A DNA stretch of 64,000 nucleotides from Anthoceros angustus (lineage: Eukaryota; Plantae; Anthocerotophyta): NCBI GenBank assembly GCA_010909165.1, contig VJWM01000025.1, positions 992,001 to 1,056,000 on the forward strand. Reading direction: 5' to 3'. The position numbers and the translations under genes are program-made. Shown one piece after another: positions 1 to 12,252 of the stretch (position 1 is the stretch's first letter; each line of letters starts with the position of its first letter). The notes below the pieces were generated by a model, which worked only from the letters and a program-made list of their open reading frames with translations, ran no database searches and had not been told where the DNA came from.

Positions 1-2421
1 AGAATGGGCCAGATCTCAGAAGTTAGACTATGGTGCAACGTTTTTGGGCTGTGCAGGTGTCAGCAGCAGCGTTGACTCCCAGCTCCAGCTTTATTGCAAC
101 TCCTGCAGCATCCTGGTTGGATGACTTTCTAGTATGGCTGTCACCAGATGCTTTTGGGTGTTGCCGCAAATTTCCCAATGGTGAATATTGCCCTCCCGAC
201 GATCAGGTTTGTTCTTGCAGCACACACCTCAAAGATGACTAGAGTAGTTTCTTCTAGAGTTTCGACTGGAGGCCTCTCAGTGGAATGAAGGGGGTTACTG
301 ACATCACGGTGTTGGTTGCTCTAATCAGCCTCCGTGCTGTCCTGCTGGCGAAGATTTCTGCGGCCAGAGTGAGTTTTGTAAAGATTGCACAACGGTAATA
401 GCCTGTTCCGGTGCCTGCTCTCTTGGTGGCCAACAAGTTCAGTCTTGTTTGGTGGAAACCTTCATTCTGGGGAGGCATTTAACATGTGGTCTACGGATCC
501 CGCACAACTGTGATTTGACTTTCTGCAGTGTTTCCTGAGGACGGACCTTCATGAAGGTCGACCCTCTACAGAACAATTCAAAGAGAAACTTCCTTGGTTT
601 TTAGAAGCGCTTCCCTCGGCAGACTGTGCAAAGGGTGGTCATGGTGCTTATACAAACAGTGTTGATCTAGATGGTGAGTTTGAGAGGCTGCAAACTTCTG
701 TTCTCCTGTGGATTGAAGGCTTGCGCCATGTAGACATCTCTATACCTGCTTGACAGTTTCAGGGTCAAAAGGCATGTACTGACATTTCGGAGTTGTAGAG
801 TTTGAAAGCGGGATTATCAAAGCATCAGAGTTCCGATCCTACCATACACCTTTGAACAAGCAGGTTGGTTTCTATTTGAAGGTGAAAACGTAATCTACAT
901 GGATGTTAGAGAGGATCTGTCCTGAGGGGGACTTGGTTTTGCAGAGTGACTACATTGATGCTCTACGGTCAGCTAAAGATTTTGCTCGGAGCGTCTCCCT
1001 TTCTTTGAATGTAAGTTTCGTTGGCATTTTGGGCTTGAAGTCCCCGTTAAGAAGCATTGGAGTGACTACTTTGTGCGGTGTGTGTGCTGCAGATCACAGT
1101 TTTCCCATATTCCGTGTTTTACATTTTCTTTGAGCAATACTTGGACATATGGAGGATGACCGTAACCAGTCTGGTACTAGCACTCGGTGGGGATCTGAAC
1201 ACCAGACTGTCGTTATTTTGTGGTCTAGAGGCTGATTTTATGCTCGCTAATCTGGGTTTTGATACATGTTGAATCAGCCACTGTGTTTTGCGTATGTGCT
1301 GCAATAACGAACAGGTATATATCATCTCCACGGTCCCTTGGAACTTATTGTTCTGGCATGAAGGTTATGAGGTGATTCTGAGATGTCTGCCAATTGTGCA
1401 TTCGATGAAGCTTCAATTTGTGGTTGGATGTGGTTGGCAGCATATGGACGTCGGCCATCATCGTGCTTGTCATCTCCATGATAATTGTTGACATGCTGGT
1501 AACTCCTGGCTACTGAATCAGCTATGTACTTCCCTTCCATGTACTATTGTGATGAAGCGTCTGCGGGTCTCAATTGAAGTGTCTGAAGACTGAAGCACAC
1601 AGAATCGATGTGGCAATTTTGCAGGGCTTTATGGTACTATGGGGTATCCAGCTGAATGCTGTTTCTGTCGTGAACCTTGTGATGTCCATCGGCATTGCAG
1701 TGGAGTTTTGTGTCCACATCACCCACGCCTTTGCGGTTAGTAGTCCCTGAACAATGTGTCAGAGCTGGTCCCCAGATTTACATTCCTTCGGTCTGTAATT
1801 GAGGAGTGGCACTGCAGGTGAGTAGTGGGAGCCGTTCGGAGAGATCAACGAAGGCACTTCTGACCATGGGCGAGTCTGTCCTCAGGTGAGACATTCACTT
1901 GCAGTGGGGTGGCCCTTTTGGGTTTCTGACAGCTCTACCCCTCATTGCACTTGCCTTGATCACTCGTCTAATGCTGCTGCTGCGTTTAACGCGTTGGCAG
2001 TGGAATCACTTTGACGAAGTTTGCGGGTGTCCTGGTGCTTTTCTTCTCTCAGTCTGAAATCTTTGAGGTGAGTGTCGAACGCATATCAGAGACGTCAAAA
2101 TTCATTTGCACGGTCCACCCCCTGACCATCTTTGTACGCTCTGGCAGGTGTACTACTTCCGCATGTACTTGTTACTGGTTATACTGGGAGCACTACACGG
2201 CCTCGTATTCCTGCCGGTATGTTTCCCAAAACAACAGAGAAATTTTTAAAACCCTTAGTGAAGCCATGTCCTATGTTTTGATGTCGTCCTGTGTTTGTGT
2301 GCGCAAGGTTCTGCTAAGCATATGTGGGCCGCCTTCAATCTCCGTTGATTCCATGGAGGACATAGGATTGTTAGCAACCTCTGAGACAAGGAGGTCTGAA
2401 GCATTGAAAGCCAGGTCTTAG
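1..2421 (+). CDS. NPC1: Niemann-Pick C1-like sterol transporter, 3' part of a multi-exon gene (5' end outside window)
   Basis: GT-AG spliced exons translate to [139 protein letters not shown]; stop TAG at 2419-2421. Confidence 0.95.
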
Positions 2422-2591
2422 AGGAGCCGGGTAGCAGCAGCGGTGAAAAATCAGAACTGTATGTTTGTTAGAGATGTGTTCACTGATCAGCCGCCTCTGC
2501 TGCTACTAACCTGTGGATTTTAATGTCATCAATTTCTTGCCCATTCAGGGTGTCCATGTGTTTTCATTCATGTAGAAAGGCTTCCATCGTT

Positions 2592-4496
2592 TCAGCCTGC
2601 AGCACCCGCAGGAAAGCAGGATTCCTCGTTCCAGACAAGCTGCAGCCCGCCTTCCTGATCCTGGCAGGCGTGCACATGGCTATCCATCCAGTCCTGGTGC
2701 TGCGCAGTGACAGGGTTTCCGAGACTGGCGTTGGGGCAGTCGGGATGCTCCATCGGGAAGTGTATGCAGGGCTCGCTGGAGATCCCGGGGGAGCAAGCTT
2801 CCCCGGGCTCCAGAGTCTCCCCCCTGACGTTCATGATGAGAGGACGCAGCCCGGCCAGGCCATGCGCCACGTACCCGAAGGTGGAGTAGGCGGAGGTGGC
2901 TATGGCGTCGCTCAAGCTTAGCAGCCACATCTCCAGCAACGCCGTGCGGGCCTGCCGCATCGTCTCATCCTGCTGCCCGCCTTCTCCACACTGCTTCCAT
3001 AACCAGCAGCACAGGCATGGATCGATCAGGATGGCGTGACATAGCCAGCAGCGGCAGCAGCAGCAGGTGCAAGAGCAGCAGTCGGAGGAAGGGCATGGCG
3101 AGATGACATACAGAGTGGATGCTGACAAGCCGGCCGTCGTCACTGGCTCCCTCGCTGTACTCCCGCTTCATCTCCTGGTAGTACCTCTGCTGCAGAGACG
3201 CCACCAGCACAGCCACGCTGCCGCCATCTCCAGCCGGCTGGGAAGGTGAGGAAGATGATGAAGAGGAGGAGGCATTGGGAGGGGACAGCCCGGGGAGCAG
3301 GCGGTGCTCCTGCAGGCACTGCAAAACCCTAGCGTGCACCGCGCTGTCGAAGGCGGCCAGATCCCATCTCCCGTGGAGCCGGATCTGGACTCCCACTCGA
3401 GCTCCGGAGCTGGAGAGGTATCCCTTGTACACCCGCAGCAGCTGCTTCCAGATAGGGTTTTGCGGCACCACGATGAGGCGGGCCAGCTGCGTGAAGATGG
3501 AGAAGTGCGCGTCTTGGTAGATGGCAGCATCTCCCCGGCCTGGACATTGTTCCTGCTGCTGGCGGGGAGCGAAGAGCGGGACGAGGCGGTGCCAGAAGGA
3601 AGGCAGTATGAGCAGGCGGGAGGCGTAGTACTGCGTGCTGCTCCAGGCCAACCACGTCACGTCTGGCGTGACTGCGTGGTGCGTGGAGTCGCAGAAGAAG
3701 GACTGGTCGCCGGCGCTCTGGATGTGCTCCAGATGCAGGTTCACGACCGGGGGCGCCGCCCGGCCGGCTGCTGCTGCTTCCCAGGCGGCGCCCAGCGCGG
3801 GAGCCTGCCGGACCGCGTCGTAGGGGAAGTCCTCCGGGAGGAGCCAGGAGGAGCCCGGGAAGGGCTGGCAGAGCAGGTTTCCCAGCTTCTTGCCCCCGCC
3901 CGTCTCCAGCATCAGGACTCTGTCGGTGGCCAGAGCGTAGAGGAATGCAGACACCAGGGCCAGGATCTTGTTCCCCAGCCCAGCCGAGCCCTCCATGAAG
4001 ATGAGGTACCTGCACGAGGAGGAAGATGCCCCAGGACCCATGACGAAGGCCTCCGTCCAGTTGCTGACCCGGGATGAGCAGAGCTTGCGCAGGCTCAGGT
4101 ACCGCTCCCAGCTCTCCTCCAGCGCATTGGACGGGGGGAAGCGCTGCCCGGGCCTCCGATACTGGTGTTGCTCGCTGCGAGCCAGGCAATCCGCGTCATG
4201 TTCTGCACACACCACCCACACCACGGTTTCTTCAACAATTTCCTCTCCTCAGGTCTGTGCTCTCTCTTGCTCTCACCTGCTTCATCCAGGTAGGAAGACA
4301 CTGTCGTCTGCGTCCTCCTCGCCTCGGATCCTGCAGGCTCGGGCTGGAGCTGGGGCTCCCTGTTCTTTCCCCTTCCCCACTGCCACTGCCACTGGCGGAG
4401 CAGCTGCGACTCCACGTAGAGCAGCACGCACACCAGGAGCAGCGCGATGCAGATGGCCCCCCCTATTGTCAGGAGCCTGTGGGGCTTGCCCATCAC
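2592..4496 (-). CDS. GT37 xyloglucan/galactoside 2-alpha-L-fucosyltransferase (3 exons)
   Basis: N-terminal TM segment (ORF 4095..4496); intron ~4203-4276 joins DEA|EHDADCL; motifs GLGNKILALVSAFLYALATDRVL and VGVQIR; after intron ~2993-3111 the last exon reads EMWLLSLSDAIATSAYSTFGYVAHGLAGLRP and SSEPCIH. Confidence 0.9.
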
Positions 4497-6466
4497 TCCT
4501 CCGTCTCATCAAGCTTGCTTGCCTCACCCTCTCCCCATGGGGGCGAGCGAGTTTGAGGACCAGGTATCATCCGACCTCAAAGCCAGGTCTCTGTGGCTCC
4601 TGTTGCCTATGGGGTGGCATCTCCCAGCTAATGAACCTGGCCCTGCTTCATGCTGGCATCCTCCATGGCTGAATTGTCCCCTCCCCAACAAGAAAACCAG
4701 GACTTCTTGAAACCCTTCGTCCTAACGGACTTAACGGTTGCTACTGTCACCCCACCAATATGCACAACCTTTCTGGTCCATACTTCATACATACGTACAT
4801 ACGCACGGGCCATTATGTATTGTATATAACAAAAGTCGTTAGCGATTAACTACGTGATGTAGACGCTCGTTCGATTGGATACACTCACCTGGATAAATCG
4901 TACCTAGTAGGTATGTATGTCCTTGCAAGGGGTTTCGAACGTTTCGTATGCTTTTTTAACCGTAGAAGGCCTAACCCTTTTTCCAGTTATTCTAGATAAA
5001 TAAATGTTTTTTATAACTATTTTCGCTTTGCTCTTGCATCCACAAATACCAGCTCACCATAAAATACCAGTTCACCAAGATCTGCATTCCTTGTGGTTTG
5101 AAAACTAGAAACCAACTTGGTGTGTCCCCCACTAATTTCCAAGCGTCTTGGGCCTCGGTTACCATGGTGATAGTGGGGGAGCATCGTTCACTCATTTTGA
5201 ACTTCTACTACTCAGATTGTTGAGCAAACTTGCTTGGGGCTAGATTCAAGCACAACCCGTAAGTTGCCAAAAATCAGGCCTAGTTGGATACTCCACGGCT
5301 AGTCAAAACATCTTCTGAAGACAAAAATCTTGGGGGAGGCGGGACGCTCACGTTTTACCATCATGTGTGCAAGAACAAGACCTTAGACCGAGGGGTTGAT
5401 ATAGAGAATCAGGCAGGATCGATCTGATATGAGGATTGGAGGAGAAGGAAGACTTGTTATCCAAGAGTGTGCACACAATCATTCTTATGTTGCAAGAGGT
5501 GTGAGTCTCCTTCAAACAATGTGTGTCCCTAGCTGCCATGCTGGCTAACAGCTCTATTAACAGGAGATGTCTGCATATTCTAATAGTTGAGGCGAATCTT
5601 GAAGCATCTTTCCATGTTTCGGCGTGTAGCACACGATTCATGGCACTGATTTTTGTCATGTAAAATTCCACATGGCTACCAAGCCCTCCGCATAGTTTGT
5701 TCAAGTGTCCCTTGGCTTGAAACCTCCTAAAAAGAATTCACGGCCTTTAAACGATGGGCGAACAACTCAATTTGAGTCGCTTTGTCCTTGTGAGTTAAGG
5801 AAATGGAAGTTTTTGTAGATGTAAATAGAAGTTTCTGCAGGATGTACTATGCCTCTTCCTCAAATATCGGTTCCTTATTAAACTAGTAGCTATTGCATAA
5901 AATGGTATGTTGATTATTGGAGGACAGAATAGAACCCTCCTAATAGTTATAGAAATAAAACAGTGAGAGTGAGTTACTATTTTTTGGGACTTAATATAAA
6001 AGTATATATTTTGGTGCAGTTGGTGTATATCTCGTAGCATGCAATGATGGCTCCTATATTCAAGCTGAGGTTCCGGAAAAGGCTTTTAATAGTGCAAATA
6101 TATCTTTCCAAGTGAAAACAACGAAAGTATATGTATTAGGGTGTGAAGGGTTTTACAATAAATAGTTACCAAGGGTTAGGAACCAACATCACTAGGGACA
6201 GAAATAGTTGGTGTAAACATTCAAGTACAGAGAACCCGTTAAGGGTCAATATTAGTTGGGGGTATGCACCTCATCCCAACAATTATCCAACCTCAAGGGT
6301 GTTTTATTGAAGAAGTATTGTGTGCGAAATAAGTTACAAATCAATCAGTTCACATCATAAAGGAGTTCTTGCTGGGTATTTGATCCAACATTGTATTTTT
6401 TATTTCAACACTTAACGCAAAGCTAGTTATCTGGTAAAAGAAGAGAAAAAGGAGTCATATCCAGAT

Positions 6467-7153
6467 ATGGAAAGACATACCTTGGAAAAAGCTTATAACG
6501 AAGAAGAAGGAGAAGGAGAACAAAGGAGAAGTCCTAAAGGGAAAGATGAATTTGAAACTTTATGGGGAGGCTCGTGGTGGAGTTGCTTCATACGTGAACA
6601 AACTATTAATGGGTATCTGGTAGAATATGAAAATATGCCCAATGACATAGAAGAGAGACCAGCATGCTTTCTTCGAGAAAGAACAAGGAAGCTTGAAGAC
6701 AATGATTGTGAAGATCATTTGAAGCACCTTCTCCCCAACAAAGAAAACAAGGACCAATGTGTTGTATTTGTTACTCATCCCACTTTGAAGAAGAGAAAAC
6801 GTGATGAAAAAGTCTTAGAGGTAAGTACTTAGAAATTCTATATTCCCGTGTCCCTATTTAGTTTTCAAATTATCTAACAAAAAATATTTTAATAATATTC
6901 CATAATCAATCTATGCTCAATCTTGGTACAGAAACGATGGTATGATGCTCAACTTATTAAAGTAAAACGAGGGAGGAGTCGAACTTCAAAACAATGTACT
7001 TGTAAGTTTGAAGTTTTACTTTATGAGTTGAGGTTTACAGAAAAAAGAGGAAAAGAGTACCGATATGCAATAGATTACGACACAAAAATCCCTCGCAGTA
7101 TTATGGTAAATATCAATAATATATGTGTTTATGTATCCGAGGACGACTCCTAA
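6467..7153 (+). CDS. Stand-alone SAWADEE-like domain protein, 2 exons (6467-6820, 6932-7153), 191 aa
   Basis: Clean phase-0 intron (GAG|gtaagt...tacag|AAA). EFETLWGGSWW, YLVEY..RERTRKLEDNDC, WYDAQLIKVKR..CTCKFEV and VNINNIC match the SAWADEE pattern EFE..DGAWY / RxRS..E..EC / YYDAxV..CxCxFxV / VxLxxIC of SHH1/DTF1. Confidence 0.7.
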
Positions 7154-7513
7154 AGAGGTACATGTTGTGTTGGATGACTTTAAGGATTTGATGCATGAGG
7201 AATTGTTTACCTCTTCGCAAAGTGTGGATCATGAGATTGAATTAGATAAGTGCACTTTCATCTAGAGCATCTTTGCCCTCCTTTTTTTCCTGGGACCCAT
7301 TAATGACTATTGATTATATTTTTATTTAGATATTATTTATTTACTACATCATGTGCACAGGGTCCAAACATAGCCACATTAGAGTATTGGACCTCCCTTC
7401 AAGAGTGACAGTTAGACTTGGGTCCATTGAAAATCCATGCTCAAGCACCCTTGAGTCAAATCACTACTAGGATGAGGTGGTACCCATCCTCTCTTACAAA
7501 AGCAAGTCCTATT

Positions 7514-7720
7514 GGGCAGCCTATTGTAAAACAGCCATAGGGGCCCGCTTGGTGTAAAAAGCACTTAGAGGAATTTTGGGATGCTCTAAAAGCCTTAGGG
7601 GCCCGCTTGTTGTAAAAAGCCCTTAGGGGCAATCTATTGTAAAGCCTTAGGGACCCGCCTATTGTAAAAAGCCCTACGGTGCCGCTTGCTGTAAACCCTA
7701 CGAGGCTCCTGCTGTAAACA
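7514..7720. repeat. Degenerate minisatellite, about 8 units of 24-30 bp (consensus GGGGCCCGCTTGTTGTAAAAAGCCCTTA)
   Basis: The recurring core ttgtaaaa(a)gcc(c)ttagggg(c)ccgc is directly visible. Confidence 0.85.
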
Positions 7721-8339
7721 TTATGGGGCTACTCTGAATTAAATCCATAATCAAGTTGACTGAAAAACGACCAAGTTGACTAAAAAACATTAGAGTGTTG
7801 TGAAACGCAATGATCCAATCCGATAATAAACCGAGAGAAAAAATAAACGATCTTCTAGAGTAGCTGGTGAAAATGAAAGCTTGCTTGAGGTCTTCCCCAA
7901 GCTGTCCCATAACTATCTACGTATGTACTTGTTCGGCATGAGAAAGTAGCCAGTTAAATGGGAGCTTGCTTGCCACGGCCTGTCAGGCAGTGATTCGCTA
8001 TACCGTACAGGGTGTTACCGATGAGCCGTCTGGGAAAATAATATAAACGAATTAAAAAAATCATTCCCGCTCTAGGCAACAGCTTAGAATTATACACATC
8101 TAAAACGAAATCTCTCCTCGGTAATATAAGGATGTATGTCCGATTTAGGAAGGACATGAGCACCCATACCCTGCTCCAAGGTCCTCTACAGTCCGCCCCT
8201 CTTCTACATGAATATTGCACGTCAACACGAGGGAACCCGGCTGCAATCGTTTGTTATAAAGGCAAGTCTCTCCAGTTGCCTGCTTTCCTGGCCCTGAACA
8301 TGTTGCGGGTGATGCTCCGACTTCACTCTATCCTGGACT

Positions 8340-9486
8340 TAACGACGGGTGAAGGACGTGCCCACCTTGCGTGTCTGGCTTCTAGCTCTTGCCTCATTAC
8401 TGTAAGCCACCACATGATAGTTAAAAACTAAAGCCACAAGAGAAGTGTCCCGAGCCGGGAACACACTCACTTGTCAGCTCAGCAAAACTCACCTAGCAGC
8501 GTACTCCATCCTCGCCTTCTTCATGAGTCTTCCTCTGGTAGTAGAGGAGCTTCCTCCTGCAGTGCCTCCTCGGCCGAAAGATGAGGGGCCACCCTTCCGC
8601 TTCTTTGAAGCTGGGGGAAGCTTCTCACAGACGACGAGTTGTCTGCTCACTTTTTCTGCGCAATTCAACAAATTCATCATGTCACCCTAGCTCAACAAAC
8701 CCGTCATGTCTCTATAGCTCAACAAATTCAACTTATCACTCTAGCTTGACAAATTTCAACATTTCTCTTGAGCTCAACAAATCCATCATACCAACCTAGC
8801 TCAACAAAATTCATCATGTCACCCCAGCTCAAGTAGTAAAGTGAGCAGCAGGCATGCATGTGCAGTGGAATGCAACTTGACACTCACCTTGCTCCGCCTT
8901 CTGGTACAGCTGTTTCAGCCGGCTCACCCCGGCCTGCTCCTCCTTTTCTCGATCCCTCAGCTTAGCCTGAGAGGAAGAAATCCACGAGCGCATCGTGAGT
9001 GAAAGCAACGAAGCTAAACCTAGCAAAGCAAAGCCCCGTAAAATCCCCGCTTCTCCTTACCTCGTACAAGTTCTTCCACGTATAAACTTTGTTCAGCCGC
9101 TCCATCTTGGCCATGGCGGCCTTCACGCGGTCCTCCCCAAACCTCCGCTGGTAGATTTTTTTCCATAGATCGTTTGTAATGGGAGTGAGATCTCTGCCCT
9201 GCGCATGCAAAAATAGCGAAAATTCCTCAACACGGACAGGGCCGGCCCGGTGTCAGAAAAGAAACACACACACCGCTGGTACTCTCAGAAAGCAAGCCTA
9301 CCATACCTTCGTGCACGTTTCGATACGCATAAGCTGATCCTCCGTGCAGTGCGGCAGGATCACGGCCAGCAAACTGGCATCGGTGTCTCCAACATCGCTT
9401 AGGTAGGCTACGTTATCGATAGCTCGCTGGACGCACAGCTGCTGCAGCTTGGGGGCCATCGCGTCTTCGTCACCACTCGACTCCAT
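8340..9486 (-). CDS. Elongin A-like (TCEB3) transcription elongation factor; 3' end uncertain
   Basis: BC-box-like APKLQQLCVQRAIDNV, DVGDTDASLLAVILPHCTEDQLMRIE, DLTPITNDLWKKIYQRRFG, TWKNLYE, RLKQLYQKAEQ|EKVSRQ, GRLMKKARME; exons joined by GT-AG introns; ATG at 9486. Confidence 0.85.
8661..8832. repeat. Intronic minisatellite, about 6 units of 27-28 bp (CTAGCTCAACAAATTCATCATGTCACC)
   Basis: Tandem units visible inside Elongin A intron 8656-8887. Confidence 0.85.
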
Positions 9487-10122
9487 ATTGCTACGCAAAT
9501 TCCGCAATTCTATTGTTCCTCAGCAATACTGATAGTATTATTGCCCTACGACAATTGTTTTTCAAAGATGAAAATACACCGTTTGGTGATAAACAAGGCG
9601 GCACAGTCCCCGGGCTAAAAGCTCGAAGCAAAAGCGACCTAGAGTGAACAGTAGGCCCGAGGAGTGGATAGGCCAAAATGGAAAATATCAGAATGTCCTT
9701 TCAGCCCCAGATGACCGAGTGTCCCGAATTGATACTCTCGAGCCACTTTTTGGCCTGTAGCGAAAACACTGGTGCATACGTCTTGCTGGGGAGGGATCTT
9801 TGTCACGTTTGAGGGACTGTGGGTTGTTGTTCCTCGTCCCTGGCGATGGCTCCACGAGCGGGGGTTCCTCCTCTGCCATGGTATGAAGATTGGCTCACTA
9901 TCCATCCCTCAATTCTTTGTTTCAGCAATCTGTCGCGCTGGTCGTTTGGTAGATGGGCTCACCCCAAAAGGTGAGCCGGCAGGAGCAGACCGCCGGCATG
10001 TTCAGGAGCAAACCAGGTCACCAACGTCCAAGTTCGCCGTGTTTTCATTGGTATGGGATCGCTGCGCACGGTTGAGGTGCGTCACAGCTTCATTGCTTTG
10101 GATCACGCTGGTCAGACTGGAA

Positions 10123-10138
10123 TTTAGGGTTTAGGGTT
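10123..10138 (+). promoter_or_regulatory. Short telomere-like repeat/telo-box (TTTAGGG x2)
   Basis: Sequence tttagggtttagggtt; reverse complement contains AAACCCTA. Confidence 0.45.
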
Positions 10139-12252
10139 GGAGAACTCGGGTGGGGGCTTTTTCTGGGGATGCTGCCCTTCAGCCGTCTAAGTCTGCGAGC
10201 TGTGGCTCGTCTGGTGAACAAAGCACAGGTTTTGGGATGATTGAGAGGTTGACATGTGCACAGTGGGGTAACGTCAGATTGGAGCTTTCCTCGTGACGGA
10301 CAACGGACTTCAGCGCATAAAGTAACAAGGGGGGGCTGCAGGAGGGGGCTGAAAGAGGGTTAAGAGCTTTTCAGGCCTGTTGCAGTCTGGACAAATTGTA
10401 AATCTGTTGTGTGTGCGCATTAGCCCGGAATTCTCGCCCTCTCGGATCACAGGATTCACACACAACACACGCAGCCCACTGACTCGCAATGATATGCTTG
10501 GTGCAGCACTGCACGTTCTGCAGTTGCACATAGATCAGTGGTTTCACTGTCAAGGCTCAGCAACAACACAAGTAGTTAGCCAGGCAGTTGCAAGGGTCAG
10601 TCAGTCTCAAAATTCCTGTCCGGGGGAGGTGGGACGAGGAGCCGGTCTTCATGTGGCACACGCACATACAAAATCTTGGAAGCTTTACCAGAACTTGAAT
10701 ATCTCCGGATAGAAAAGAAGAAGTTGTGATCCAGGGGCTAGTCCCCATGCTTGCATTCGAGGTGGCAGTACAACATTGTGTCTGGGCTCTATAGCTCAGC
10801 CTTCTGCTCACACCTTGGCTACCATTAACATCAAAGTTCCCATTTCCTCGAGATATCGTACTGAGTGCAAGGGCCCATCTCACCTAGTGCTCGCATCACC
10901 GTGCTGCCCTTAAGCTGTCTTCCGGCCTTTAATGGCACCTATGTCTTTCCCATCCAGTGAACATGCCTAAGGCTCACATCACCACTTTTGTACTTGAGGT
11001 TGCCTTTCCCTCTAGCAGTACCTAAGTCTTTCCCATGCCCTGAACATGATCAGGAACACAAAAGGAGGATACATAGGATAGGTTATATGGGTAACACAGA
11101 AACAGGGTCTCCGATCACAGTGGGAGACGACGGTTAGAGATAAGTGTTCAAAGGATCTAGACGGTATTCTTGCATGCAAAAGGCTATATAGAGACCACGG
11201 CTCTGATGTGACCGCTACCCTATTGTGCTGAATGTTGTTTTGTGAGAAGTTGAAGCAACTGGATTCCAGGTCATGAAGCCTAACTATCACACAGCCCTCG
11301 TATGTATTGCATTGTAGCGTGGTGTTGAGCTTTGTCTTGTGCTTTTGCAGAAAAAGGTGGTGCCGTGCAGGTCTCCCCTAGAGAGAGAGGAGGACTAACT
11401 ACCCATGCTAGGTTCAAGTTTTGCAGCTACTTGAGTCATCATAGTTTTCTCTTCATGTCACTGAGCTTCATTTTCACTCTGAATATACGAAACAGGCCCA
11501 GCCAAGAGATGAAACCAACCTTTCAAGTAAAAATGTGTCTTGCAAACACAAGTCTTCACCTAACTTGGATCGTCTGTCCTTCGAGGATGTTTTTAGGATG
11601 TAGCCTGCAACTCTTGCTCAATAAAGTAGCCGTCAACTCCTACCAGTAAAGGAAAGGCCACCAAAGTTCTGCCTTGTTCCTCAAATGCAGCCCCTAGCTC
11701 CACCACCTGCTCCACAAATGAACACTTTCCTATTCTGACCTTCCATTGTTGATACACTCTAAATAGTAGGACAAAGATTTCTCAGAAGTTTCCATGTCTG
11801 GAGGGAATACATCTACATTAGACTGATTCGTTACTTTACGAACCCATAGTTTAATTACCTAGACTCTTGCCCCAAAGCAAAGGTATATTGATACTATTAA
11901 CGGCTTCAATTGACTGAATAAATTGCTTTTCATTAAAGGTGTGGCATTGTAATTATTCTTTCTATGATTCCTTGGGTGGCTCTGTGGTAGCTTGGAAGTG
12001 TGTTGTGGCTTGGAAGTGGATTGTTTACGTTGTTCAGGGTTTGGAAGTGGGTTGTTTATGTTAGTCAGGGCATAGTAGGTGCTTCACACCTTTTTTGTTA
12101 ACAGGTTCTTCATAATTCAGTCTTGAATAAATATTGTCACATATATCATGTCACTCTAGAACAGAAGAGTTTGTGGAGACTTAGCTGGTGATTGCAAGAG
12201 TTTGTGCAAACTTAGCTGCTGATTGCTCTTGCTGCTGAACAAACCATAAAAA

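Noticed and set aside
4790-4930. Helitron 3' end (cgcacggg, ctag, ccttgcaagg palindrome)
   Set aside because: No complete hairpin at the proper distance from CTAG.
5420-5560. ECAHNHS as a FAR1/MULE WRKY-like HNH motif
   Set aside because: Upstream cysteines are missing and the frame is flanked by stops.
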